Positions 46,015 through 55,680 of a stretch of 57,936 nt of DNA are shown piece by piece. Position 1 is the stretch's first letter. Each line of letters opens with the position of its first letter. A model generated the notes under the pieces. It was not told the DNA's origin. It was given only the letters and a program-made list of their open reading frames with translations, and did no database searches. This stretch comes from Methanothrix sp. (GTDB lineage Archaea; Halobacteriota; Methanosarcinia; Methanotrichales; Methanotrichaceae). A program made the position numbers and the translations under genes. The stretch covers positions 1 to 57,936 of the forward strand of contig JAUCQD010000187.1 in assembly GCA_030372945.1 (NCBI GenBank). The letters run 5' to 3'.

Positions 46015-46836
46015 TTACACCTCCTCAGCGTCGAGGTATGTCGTCCCATTTTCCTCGATACACACGAATCGAGACCCAGAGTTAATCTGGGCCCAGAGAC
46101 GACCCTCTACACATGTCTTGTAGACAGGGACTCGTTGGCCCTTTTCAATATACTCCCCTGTCAAATTCGTCCATAGTCCTCCTTTCGGTGTCTTTCTGAT
46201 TTTCAACTTGACGTTAGCTACCAGATAGAAGAGTGGTTCGGGAAGAGGCAGAGGTGTAGGCGTGACACTTCCCTTATACGTGATATAGGGCTCCTGATTG
46301 ACAGCCCCACCGTATCCATTCGAAATTGATGTCCCTTGAGGACGAAGTTCCCAGTGGATATGAGGTCCCGAAGAATATCCCCGATAGGGGTCATCGAGAC
46401 CCCCTCCCGTCTTAGCAAAGATCTGACCTCGAGTCATCTCCTGCCCAACATCACAGAGAAATTCACTCAAGTGACCATAAATGTGAGTATGACCAGCTTC
46501 ATCGATCGTCCAAGCGTGACGTCCATACCCTGTCGTCAACAGAAGGAGTTTGGTAACCTTCTGCCAGACAGAAGTACACATACAGTTCCCTCCCGTCATG
46601 ATAGCATAGTCCATACCATCATGACCCTTCATCCCGGGATAGTCTTTGGGATTCTCCCCGAAGTGCTGAGAAATCCAAACCCCCGAGGAGAGGGTCACCG
46701 GGTGGGAGTATTCTGGGAAGACGACAGCTTTAGGTCGAACGATCTCCCAGAGAGGGGGACGTCCCTGCAGTTTCGAGAGGCTACGACTGAGGGTATCTCG
46801 AAACGTAGGTGTGAGGGGTAGACGATCGGGAACCAT
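46015..46836 (-). CDS. M23 peptidase endolysin with SH3-like C-terminus
   Basis: HDGMD, YGHLS, SSGPHIHWE. Confidence 0.85.
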   Translation of the reverse strand: MVPDRLPLTPTFRDTLSRSLSKLQGRPPLWEIVRPKAVVFPEYSHPVTLSSGVWISQHFGENPKDYPGMKGHDGMDYAIMTGGNCMCTSVWQKVTKLLLLTTGYGRHAWTIDEAGHTHIYGHLSEFLCDVGQEMTRGQIFAKTGGGLDDPYRGYSSGPHIHWELRPQGTSISNGYGGAVNQEPYITYKGSVTPTPLPLPEPLFYLVANVKLKIRKTPKGGLWTNLTGEYIEKGQRVPVYKTCVEGRLWAQINSGSRFVCIEENGTTYLDAEEV

Positions 46837-46838
46837 TC

Positions 46839-47633
46839 TTACCTCGCAGTCCAGGAATCAGAGACGCTGGGGAACTTCATATAGGCGTAGGGCATGTAAC
46901 CGAAGCCTTGATCACCCCAGGCTGTTGACCAGCTGTTCAAGAAGGTGATATATCCACCTCCCGGCCAGAGACGACCACGATAGAATCGACCACTGATGAA
47001 GGACTCATCATCCTCATATCCACAACCAAAGACACAATGTCCTCCCAGGATTCTCTCCCAGAACTTAGGCATAGACATTACACCGTTCGAAGAGATTCTC
47101 TCGAAAGAATCCCGAACGATGAACCCGTAGACGAAGCCAAATCCCTCAGCAAGACAGTTCTTCATGTCATTCAGATTCGAGAGACGATGATAAGATCGAA
47201 TCTTGAACTTCGCAGCACTGTCGACGACAGGTTGGGGTGGCATCGTGTTGAACTTCGAGATGTCGTAAGGCCAGTCAGCCTCTGTTGCACAACCAATCTT
47301 CGCTGCAACCTTGAAGCCATCCCGAATCCTCGCTCCTTGATCTCGTCCGAAAGCCTTCTCCAGAATGAGTTCCTGCTGATACAGGAACAGCGGAGAGAGG
47401 TCGACATCAGGGAGGGAATCGTACTTCAGATTCAACTGTTCGAGCATACCATTTGCGATACCCCACCCGGTACAGGATCCCAGGGTCGTCTGATTCCCAA
47501 CTGCAGGGAACTGACTACCTCGAAGATCTGTTTTCTTCGGGAGAACACGAAAACGAGGGTAGTGAAGAGCGAAAGATTCGTCCCTCCAATCATACGCATC
47601 CCGTCTCCAACCATATGAATGTAACGTGTTCAT
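46839..47633 (-). CDS. Papain-like C1 cysteine peptidase
   Basis: Q..LGSCTGW, GGHC, NSW...WG..G.GYMPY. Confidence 0.9.
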   Translation of the reverse strand: MNTLHSYGWRRDAYDWRDESFALHYPRFRVLPKKTDLRGSQFPAVGNQTTLGSCTGWGIANGMLEQLNLKYDSLPDVDLSPLFLYQQELILEKAFGRDQGARIRDGFKVAAKIGCATEADWPYDISKFNTMPPQPVVDSAAKFKIRSYHRLSNLNDMKNCLAEGFGFVYGFIVRDSFERISSNGVMSMPKFWERILGGHCVFGCGYEDDESFISGRFYRGRLWPGGGYITFLNSWSTAWGDQGFGYMPYAYMKFPSVSDSWTAR

Positions 47634-50173
47634 GCACTACCTCCTACGTAGGTTTTCGTCAACCAGTCGAGATTCGTCCTGTCGAGGTCGACATCATCCC
47701 AACCCCTCCCTTGAGAGAGTCGGGCAATCTTGTGAAGATACTCATCATACATCTTGGCTACTCTAGTAGCACCGAAGTTCTGAACGGCCCAATCCCGACA
47801 ATCCTTCGGACGAATTTGATCGATATTCCGAGCTGCCCAAACGTAGTCATCGAGAGTATGACATCGATACCCTGTCTGACCATGGAGAACTGTCTCTGGG
47901 AAAGCACCCCAATCACTCGTGATTACGGGGGTCCCACACATCTGAGCTTCAACAGCAACACCTCCGAAGGGTTCGAGATACATTGTGGGGACGAAGACAG
48001 CTTTTGCTCGACCCATCAGATCTGCTCGAGCTGCAGGACCCACAGACCCGATATGAGAGACATTCGGGCTCGTAATGTTGAGACCCTCAACAGGGTCTTG
48101 AAGAGACCCTTGACCGGCAATGATTAACTTCGATCCCAGGATGTCAGCTACTTGCACAGCTATTGAGACTCCCTTACGATAGACGAGTCTCCCTATATAT
48201 AGGAAGAAGTCCTCTTTCTTCTCCCGATAGGGGAAGTCTTCCGGGTAGAAGTAATTCGGGATTACACAGTCGTAACTCTGACCGTTATCTTGATGAAGAA
48301 GACCATAGATGTAATGCATCCATGCTTGTGATTCGAATACCCGATAGTTCGAGAAGACTCCCGTATACCCGATCCCAGATTCTACAGCAGGGAGCCCTAC
48401 AGCATCAGCTATTGGCTTCTGATAGTTTCCCATCGAGACGAGAAGGAGATCCCCGGGCTTCTTACGTCGATTGATCTCGTGTATAGCACGAAGATTGAAG
48501 ATCGAGTAGGCCAGGTCGGATCCAGAATGCTTGAAGAAATCCTTCGTCCAGTCGTATTCCCCGTAACACTGAGTCCGTTCTGTCTTCGAGATACATTCAA
48601 CGAATTCTGAACACTGAACCTCGGAGCCCTCCCCACCATAGAAGATAACTTCGTGTCCGAGATCTGTTAACATACGAGAGAGCTTAACGACCTTCTGGGT
48701 ATAGGCACACATACTCACTTGAGGGTGAGAAGGGACGTGAGCTAATCCCAGGAGATGAAGACGAAGCTTATCGCTGTGGGAGGGGGAGGCTTGACCGGAA
48801 TACTGTGGGGTAATCTCGAGTAGATGAGCTACGAACTCCCCATAATCATCTGGAGTTCCAACGATCTGAGTATGATATCTCTCCGTCGAGATAACTCCAG
48901 GATTCAAGAGAGTCCCCGCTCCGATATCCACACGACCTTCAAAATAGTCATCCACGAAGATCTTCGTGTGGGGGCCGATATATTTCTGGACATTCTTCCA
49001 GTCGGATTGAGTCGTCTCCTCACTATGTCCACCGTCGATATAGATGAAATCAACGATCGGAAGGTCTGTCTCAGGGAGACTGATACGAGTATCACCTTGA
49101 TGGAGCTCTGTACGAACTCCCAAGGAAGAGATCTTTCGTTGAACCATCTCGATCGGGAGGGGGTTCTCATATCCCTTGGCTACCTCCTCTTCGACTTTCG
49201 TCGGAGATAGAGGCTTGAAGAAATCGAACCCGTAGTATGTCATCTGATCAAGGGGTTCTTGAGATGTCAAGAGCATCCCGATTGCATTATCGCCTCGATG
49301 AGTCCCGATCTCAAGGATAGATCTCACAGGATGAGAAGCAAGATACTCAAACATCGGTAGATAGTGATCACCTCGATTATGAAGCCAATCCTCTAGCCGA
49401 AACGGTCGATAATCAGACTCCATCAGAACAGATCGTACAACTTCGGCATAGGGCGATGGAGATGCTGAGATCCAGGAGGGGTTGATTCGGGAGAACTCCT
49501 CTTGAGATGCTGCAGCAAAGGCGTGGATGACATGACATCGTTCGGGGAGAAATCCTCCCGGAGTATAGACTACGTTTCTCTCGTGACCACCATATCCCCC
49601 CAGAACTCGAAAGTCTGCAGACTCAACAAAACTAGGGAGAGAGTCGAAGAGCTCCGTCAGGAGTTCTGGTCCCGTCTGACCCCAAGAGGAGGATTTCGCT
49701 CGAAGAATCTCCGAGGATCTACGTCTCAGAAAAGCCGAAGAAGGGGAATCAGCTCGAATCAAGACAACTGCATTGTTGTAGGGATGTTGACACTCCGAAG
49801 GGTGAGCAACATCTTGACCACAGACGAGATCCACTCCCTCATGAAGCATTCCCGAGATATCATATCTAGAAATGGTATCGAGATCGAGAAAGATCCCTCC
49901 ATAGATATCCCCGAGCAACCAGAGGAAGTAGTCCTTCAGATGAGCGGATCTGAAGGGTTCGGGTTTTTGGTCGAGCCACATTATTTCCTCGGGGATTGAA
50001 ATCTTCACACATTCGAGACCCTGGGATTTCAGGAGTTTCAAGAGTGGGGAAGGCTTCCAATCAATGTAGTACAGGGTCGCCGAGGTATGAGTATGACATC
50101 GCATGGCCGTGAGGACAGCGAGGTAGTAGGGATACAGGAACTCCCCACCCGTCCAGATAAAATTGAGCTTCAT
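47630..50173 (-). CDS. Fusion of GT32-like (DXD) + class I methyltransferase + GT4
   Basis: GGIFLDLD...WGQTGP; ILEIGT...IYIDGGH...DDY; EPFGGVAVEAQMCGTPVI. Confidence 0.85.
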   Translation of the reverse strand: MKLNFIWTGGEFLYPYYLAVLTAMRCHTHTSATLYYIDWKPSPLLKLLKSQGLECVKISIPEEIMWLDQKPEPFRSAHLKDYFLWLLGDIYGGIFLDLDTISRYDISGMLHEGVDLVCGQDVAHPSECQHPYNNAVVLIRADSPSSAFLRRRSSEILRAKSSSWGQTGPELLTELFDSLPSFVESADFRVLGGYGGHERNVVYTPGGFLPERCHVIHAFAAASQEEFSRINPSWISASPSPYAEVVRSVLMESDYRPFRLEDWLHNRGDHYLPMFEYLASHPVRSILEIGTHRGDNAIGMLLTSQEPLDQMTYYGFDFFKPLSPTKVEEEVAKGYENPLPIEMVQRKISSLGVRTELHQGDTRISLPETDLPIVDFIYIDGGHSEETTQSDWKNVQKYIGPHTKIFVDDYFEGRVDIGAGTLLNPGVISTERYHTQIVGTPDDYGEFVAHLLEITPQYSGQASPSHSDKLRLHLLGLAHVPSHPQVSMCAYTQKVVKLSRMLTDLGHEVIFYGGEGSEVQCSEFVECISKTERTQCYGEYDWTKDFFKHSGSDLAYSIFNLRAIHEINRRKKPGDLLLVSMGNYQKPIADAVGLPAVESGIGYTGVFSNYRVFESQAWMHYIYGLLHQDNGQSYDCVIPNYFYPEDFPYREKKEDFFLYIGRLVYRKGVSIAVQVADILGSKLIIAGQGSLQDPVEGLNITSPNVSHIGSVGPAARADLMGRAKAVFVPTMYLEPFGGVAVEAQMCGTPVITSDWGAFPETVLHGQTGYRCHTLDDYVWAARNIDQIRPKDCRDWAVQNFGATRVAKMYDEYLHKIARLSQGRGWDDVDLDRTNLDWLTKTYVGGSA

Positions 50174-50197
50174 CGTGTTCCTCCTAAGAACAGATTA

Positions 50198-50821
50198 CTA
50201 CATCCCCATCAGTTTCTTTATCGACGCCTGAGAAACTGTATTAGCTTTCTTGATGGATGCCCACTCCACTCCCATAAACTTCTTGACAGCAGAAGCTGAC
50301 CATCCATCCTCTGTTTGCAACTCTATTCTACGTATACCAATATATCCTCCACCCCAAGAGTCCGAGATCTTGAAGGCGTAATATCGATATGCGGTAGTGT
50401 TGGTAACGATAATGTACTTCGGATCAGCTTGATCTTTATCGATATGGTAATCGAATTGGGAATCATCTATCGTCAATTGCGTCCAATCTGTATCGTGACT
50501 GTAGACTAGATCCGCAAATGCAGTAGCACTATTCGATCCCCACATTGTAAAGTTCTTAGCGGCACGATTATATTCCGTCCCACTATTATGATAGTTTTCG
50601 TAGTATACTCTACGAATAACTTGTGCAGTATCGATATCGATGTGAAATCGTTGATTAGTAACCGACCCAGCTGTGACCCATGCATTATATAGAGAGGACC
50701 CAGTCAGAGATTTGGCTGGATCTGTAGCGAAGTATGGGAGGAAGTAAACACCATACGACTCTGTTGCCTTCACATGATTGGCATCATGAGTCGAAGGATA
50801 CTGAGAAGTGTATGTTGTCAT
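50198..50821 (-). CDS. Discoidin / F5-8 type C-like domain virion protein
   Basis: AKNFT.WGSN...WTQL...TAYRYY.F.I pattern. Confidence 0.65.
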   Translation of the reverse strand: MTTYTSQYPSTHDANHVKATESYGVYFLPYFATDPAKSLTGSSLYNAWVTAGSVTNQRFHIDIDTAQVIRRVYYENYHNSGTEYNRAAKNFTMWGSNSATAFADLVYSHDTDWTQLTIDDSQFDYHIDKDQADPKYIIVTNTTAYRYYAFKISDSWGGGYIGIRRIELQTEDGWSASAVKKFMGVEWASIKKANTVSQASIKKLMGM

Positions 50822-52138
50822 TTATGTATGCTCCACCTGAGCCATCTCGGGTTTGAACCATAGACGATCTGCATGAGTAGCTACGCCGACGATCTGAATG
50901 ACATCATCAGTCCCTGTGGGGGCTGTCTGAGATAGAGTGTTCCCGGTAGTGCCGGTAACTGTAATGAATATTAGCCCACCGACTGTCCAGTTCCAAGTAT
51001 CATCTCTCGCAAACCCAAGAAACATATATGTACCAGTTGCATCTGCATTTACAGAAGAACTTACGCACATAGCTACAGCAGAGGATGTAGCAATGGCATC
51101 TGCATCTACCAATTGCATCTTACCAGATGAATTGATAAAGCAGACGTCCCCGAAAGCTTGATTCTCATTGGCTGTAAACTCGCCAGTATGACCGCTGTAA
51201 CTATGGTCAGATCCTGGAGCGGCTGTATAGCTCATAGGACCTGTTGGGCCAGTAGCTCCTTGAGGGCCTGTTGGACCAGTTACTCCTGTTGGTCCAGTCG
51301 GTCCAGTTGTACCAACCCCTGTAGGTCCTGTAGGCCCTGTGGGTCCCGTACAACCCTGAGGACCCGTAGGACCGGTTGATCCCTGAGAGCCCGTAGGTCC
51401 GGTAGGACCAGTAGTCCCCTGAGGCCCTGTTGCACCTGTAGGGCCTGTAGTTCCCTGGGGACCTGTAGGTCCTGTCGTCCCTTGGGGACCGGTTGGTCCT
51501 GTAGAGCCTTGGGACCCTGAGGGGCCCGTAGCACCGGTACTCCCAGCACCTGTAGCCCCGACAGGTCCCGTAGGACCAGTAGCCCCCTGAGGACCAGTAG
51601 CCCCAGTCTGGCCAGCTCCTGTAGGACCTGTTGCACCATCAGCACCGGTAGGACCTTGAGGACCAGTCGCACCTGTAGTCCCAGCGCCGGTTTCTCCCTT
51701 TGGACCTGTTGGGCCAGTAGCTCCTTGAGGGCCGGGATCCCCTGTGGATCCCTGAGGACCAGTTGCTCCTGTGAAGCCTCCTGGGCCAGTTGCTCCAGTC
51801 GGGCCTGTCTGCCCGATACTCCCGATGGGGCCTGTAGGTCCCGTAGCTCCCTGAGTACCAATTGGTCCCGTAGGACCCTGGGGTCCCGTAGCACCGGTAC
51901 TCCCAGCACCTGTAGCCCCGACAGGTCCCGTAGGACCTGTAGCCCCACCAGCTGGACCTGTAGCTCCCATTGGACCTGTAGCTCCTGTAGCTCCACCCCC
52001 ATCGGACCCAATTTTCGAGACTACGCCAGCAGCTGTCTGCTCGTACCAACCATCCGTTTTCGCGAAGAGTTGACGATCTCCAGTCCCTGGAGGGGAGGGA
52101 TTATCCGACTGTTGGGGGACAGTAATTGTACCAGGCAT
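50822..52138 (-). CDS. Collagen-like (G-X-T rich) virion fibre/decoration protein
   Basis: About 250 aa of GPT/GAT/GPQ triplets; globular C-terminus. Confidence 0.9.
   Translation of the reverse strand: MPGTITVPQQSDNPSPPGTGDRQLFAKTDGWYEQTAAGVVSKIGSDGGGATGATGPMGATGPAGGATGPTGPVGATGAGSTGATGPQGPTGPIGTQGATGPTGPIGSIGQTGPTGATGPGGFTGATGPQGSTGDPGPQGATGPTGPKGETGAGTTGATGPQGPTGADGATGPTGAGQTGATGPQGATGPTGPVGATGAGSTGATGPSGSQGSTGPTGPQGTTGPTGPQGTTGPTGATGPQGTTGPTGPTGSQGSTGPTGPQGCTGPTGPTGPTGVGTTGPTGPTGVTGPTGPQGATGPTGPMSYTAAPGSDHSYSGHTGEFTANENQAFGDVCFINSSGKMQLVDADAIATSSAVAMCVSSSVNADATGTYMFLGFARDDTWNWTVGGLIFITVTGTTGNTLSQTAPTGTDDVIQIVGVATHADRLWFKPEMAQVEHT
51525..51937. repeat. 53-bp exact direct repeat within the collagen gene
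   Basis: 51525-51577 is identical to 51885-51937 (360 bp apart). Confidence 0.85.
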
Positions 52139-52145
52139 AAGAACC

Positions 52146-52841
52146 TCACATGAATAGGAACGGTTGTGGATTGACTAGAATGCTATCGTACACGGTAGGC
52201 TTGACAGCTATTCCCATCGTAGCCGACTCGTTGACTTGATCACTCATTACAGTGATCGACTGATTCTCAGAGACAGCGAGTCTCGAAATTATCTTCAGAC
52301 GCCAGTTATAAGTACCTACTCCAGCTAGGGAGACTTCATCGAAGAGAGAAGTCTGATCGGTCCCTAACGTTAACGTCTCCGGGTTCTCAAGACGACGACC
52401 AAAGCCCGTCAAGCAGAGATCTCCGATAGCTGCCTCGATCTGAACTGTGGGGTCATTATTCGTTGCCCCTTCTTCCTCGGGAGTCCCAACAGGAGTCGTC
52501 TGATTGACCCCCGAAAACATGAAGAGGGCAGCTACACCTATCGAGTCATCTGCATACCAGACACTATTCCAATTGAGAGTTCTCCCTGAGGCTCCGGGAT
52601 AGACAAGGCCGAACATCCTGCAGAAGGAATCCATATAGTAGGGAGAGGGGGTATATCGAGTGAAAGCTTTCAGATCCCCGATTACCCCTAGATTCATATT
52701 CTCACAAATGCGAGTATTGTTCCCGGCGGCGATCCCCAAAAAGAAGGTATCCGAATATCCCGAAGGGATTGTCACATTAGTGAAGTAATTACGAGAATGG
52801 GGGTCCCGATACCACCACGACTGAACGAGTTCAACACTCAT
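52146..52841 (-). CDS. Hypothetical beta-rich virion protein
   Basis: Operonic overlap; structural context. Confidence 0.65.
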   Translation of the reverse strand: MSVELVQSWWYRDPHSRNYFTNVTIPSGYSDTFFLGIAAGNNTRICENMNLGVIGDLKAFTRYTPSPYYMDSFCRMFGLVYPGASGRTLNWNSVWYADDSIGVAALFMFSGVNQTTPVGTPEEEGATNNDPTVQIEAAIGDLCLTGFGRRLENPETLTLGTDQTSLFDEVSLAGVGTYNWRLKIISRLAVSENQSITVMSDQVNESATMGIAVKPTVYDSILVNPQPFLFM

Positions 52842-53548
52842 CGGATCACCGTCAAGGTAATCGAGGCCATCTTGAGGGAGAGAACACTATCCACACAGAA
52901 GGCGATATATTCTCCCTCATTGATCCTCGTCGTCCAGCCTGTCAGAGCTGTCCCCGAAGCTTTCTGATCTGACGACATCTCCGGTTTATCCGAACCACAG
53001 ATACTGTCCCCGGACGATAGGGGTAAGTCCGCATAGGCTCCTTTATAGATATCGAATGTGATAGACCCCGATTGGAGAGGGGCCACGATATCCCACCGCA
53101 CGATCTTACACGAAACAGGGATCCGATAGCACGAGAAGATCCCTTCGAGGATTGTAAGCTGGCCAGAACCTGCAGTAGCCCCGAAAGCGATGTTGTTAGG
53201 ATTGCTCCCACCAAGGAGGAAGACCTCACCATCTCCAACGTTAAGATCTCCATCGAGTTTGAGATCGTCTCCAGGGATGTAGACTTCATTTTCTTTCAGC
53301 TCCATCAAAGTAGCAGCAGGGAGATCCTCACGATGAACACTCCCTCCTCCCGAGATATCACGCCAACTCCCGAAGGCATAGATCGAGATCGTCTCATCGA
53401 CAGTATTGATAACTATCTGACCGGTCCTGCCTGTAGCAGGATTACCAGCAGTATCCTTGATACTGACGGAAACGTTCTCGAGGGATTCGAGATACTTGAT
53501 ACGATTAATCAGATCTCGGATCTTGATGGCTGACTGTTCTTGAAACAC
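52838..53548 (-). CDS. Hypothetical virion protein
   Basis: Overlaps the portal stop; GSITFDIYK...DSI...KP motif. Confidence 0.65.
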   Translation of the reverse strand: MFQEQSAIKIRDLINRIKYLESLENVSVSIKDTAGNPATGRTGQIVINTVDETISIYAFGSWRDISGGGSVHREDLPAATLMELKENEVYIPGDDLKLDGDLNVGDGEVFLLGGSNPNNIAFGATAGSGQLTILEGIFSCYRIPVSCKIVRWDIVAPLQSGSITFDIYKGAYADLPLSSGDSICGSDKPEMSSDQKASGTALTGWTTRINEGEYIAFCVDSVLSLKMASITLTVIR

Positions 53549-55089
53549 TACGAACCTCCACTTGTTTGATTAGGACGCTGGGTCCCTGAAGAAGGCCGAG
53601 GAGTTGGCCCTTGAGTACGTTGAGCATTGCCCGTCCATTGGGACCGAGGACTTCCAAACTGAGCAGCAGGAGTATTCGGGGGAATAGCTCCAGGAGGTGT
53701 AGAGGGCTTCAAAGGTTCGACTTCGAGATCATCGAGGTCCTGATTCGTCAGATCATCGATCTGATGATCCTCAGGAGAGGCATCTGATTCAGCCATCATC
53801 TGAAGATACTGTTCGTCGAGATCACCTTCCTCGACAGCAATCTGCCGAGCGACCTCTGTCGTAATTTCTCCTGACTGAATCATACGAGCTCTACGATTAG
53901 CTCTCTTGATACCGAGATCTGCCTCATCCATCAGAGACTTGAGATCCGACTGAGCATACTCCATCTTGACATTCTTGGGGAGTACCCCGTGGAAATTGAA
54001 CTTGTGTTCGAGAAGCTTCATGAAGAAGGCAGGCCCCTTACCACGACTCTTGAGATGCAACATCTCGGATTGATTTGAGGAACCTAGACCACCCGAAGGT
54101 AGAGGGGCGAGGTCCTGATAATCGAGACCGAGGCCAAGAGCGACTTGGGCGATGTACCACTTCATTTCTTTGTCCATGTCGAAATTATCAGGCAGCGAGG
54201 CCAGAGGTATCTCGACGTGAGAAACAGGCTTGGTGGGATCGAGAGAAGCTAGGATCGTTGGCATCATGAATCTGATGAGGCCTTGATTGTCTGCTTCAGC
54301 TTCACCAGCTGAAAGAGCATCCTTGATCTCCTGCTTCGCGGGACCACCCACGATGTGGATAGATCGCTGGAAACGACCACCGACCTTCTCACCCTTGAAG
54401 ATGGCAATATCCCGAAGAATCTGGGCTGCACGAAGGATGCGAGTGACTGCAGAGTACTGGACGTCATACATCCGCTCGATAGGAGAAGGGAGCTCCTCGA
54501 AGGGAATGATTTGATACCAAGCCATCTTGTGCATCTGCCCAGTGAGGGTGTCACGATAGATGACAGGATAATCCGGGCTGCCAGTACGGATGCACTGAGC
54601 AGAGTCGAGCGTCGCAATCCCGAGGACAGGGGCAGAGGGGGAATCGGCAGTACGAATCAGCTCAACGAACGCTCCATTATCTTGCGTCAAGAGATCGATC
54701 GTGAGCTTGGTGACGAAATTCATCCAGCCCTTGCCGTAGTTTGCAGAATGTAGCATCGTCTGCACGGCGTGGGTTGTGGCCTTGGGACCAACGAGCTTCC
54801 AGCTGAAGGCAGCATGTGAGGCAGCTACGCCAAAGATGGCACCAGCGAGTACAGGCTCTGTCGGCCAGAAATTCCGAAGATCTCGATCCCGAAGGTAGAC
54901 ATTCTGTCCCCAGGGGATGATCGAATCGGCGATGGCAGCAATCCTGAAAGTGATGACAGAGGAGCCAGCAGCTGACTGTAAAGGCTCAGGAAACTCAACG
55001 ACGGATCGATTGATCGTCTCTGAAGGCAATTCGACCGGAGCAGCCTGAATCGGCTTCACAGCTTTCGAGGCAAGATTTCCTACATTCAT
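53548..55089 (-). CDS. Portal protein
   Basis: DLLTQDNGAFVELIR and ALGLGL..QDL motifs; size and position after terminase. Confidence 0.8.
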   Translation of the reverse strand: MNVGNLASKAVKPIQAAPVELPSETINRSVVEFPEPLQSAAGSSVITFRIAAIADSIIPWGQNVYLRDRDLRNFWPTEPVLAGAIFGVAASHAAFSWKLVGPKATTHAVQTMLHSANYGKGWMNFVTKLTIDLLTQDNGAFVELIRTADSPSAPVLGIATLDSAQCIRTGSPDYPVIYRDTLTGQMHKMAWYQIIPFEELPSPIERMYDVQYSAVTRILRAAQILRDIAIFKGEKVGGRFQRSIHIVGGPAKQEIKDALSAGEAEADNQGLIRFMMPTILASLDPTKPVSHVEIPLASLPDNFDMDKEMKWYIAQVALGLGLDYQDLAPLPSGGLGSSNQSEMLHLKSRGKGPAFFMKLLEHKFNFHGVLPKNVKMEYAQSDLKSLMDEADLGIKRANRRARMIQSGEITTEVARQIAVEEGDLDEQYLQMMAESDASPEDHQIDDLTNQDLDDLEVEPLKPSTPPGAIPPNTPAAQFGSPRSQWTGNAQRTQGPTPRPSSGTQRPNQTSGGS

Positions 55090-55670
55090 GGTGTCTTACC
55101 TTTCTTCTTCATTTGGGCCACGGTCGGGCGAGAGAAGCAGATGTATGTGTCTTCCTGCCATTCGAACTTCAGGAAGAACATCTCGGCGACTTCATCCACG
55201 ACCGTCTTGACATCAGGCCACATGACTGAATCATAGTCATGCATTAGAATATAGCCACCTGGCTTGACACGAGACAGCCACTTCGTGATACTGTTCCCGG
55301 CAGCTTCGTAAGTGTGATCATCGTCGATGATGACGAGGTCAAACGTCTCCGTGGGGAACTGTTCAGCGACGACTGGTGAATCACCCTTGATCTGCTGATG
55401 CTTGAGCTCAATGCCTGCATTGATGAAGGCATTGCGTTCATTCATGAAGCCACCGAAGGGATTGTCATCATCACGAATGTCTACAGAGACGAGTTCAATA
55501 TCGGGACGAACTTCAGCAATCGTGAGAGCAGATGTCCCGAATCCTGCTCCAACGTTTGCGACTTTCGCTCCTGGTTCTAACTTCTGAACGAGATCAGCTA
55601 GGGCGAGAACTTCTTCCCGATGAAGCATGCCGAAGGCATCAGAGAGAGCTAAAGCTTTTGTGGGTTCCAT
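55086..55670 (-). CDS. Class I SAM-dependent methyltransferase (Methyltransf_24-like)
   Basis: NVGAGFGTS, DLVIIDDDHTYE, KPGGYILMHDY. Confidence 0.85.
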   Translation of the reverse strand: MEPTKALALSDAFGMLHREEVLALADLVQKLEPGAKVANVGAGFGTSALTIAEVRPDIELVSVDIRDDDNPFGGFMNERNAFINAGIELKHQQIKGDSPVVAEQFPTETFDLVIIDDDHTYEAAGNSITKWLSRVKPGGYILMHDYDSVMWPDVKTVVDEVAEMFFLKFEWQEDTYICFSRPTVAQMKKKGKTP

Positions 55671-55680
55671 AATCTTTCTC

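Noticed and set aside
51280-52153. Alternative-frame repetitive ORFs over the collagen gene
   Set aside because: By-products of the GGN-CCN-ACN repeat lacking stops
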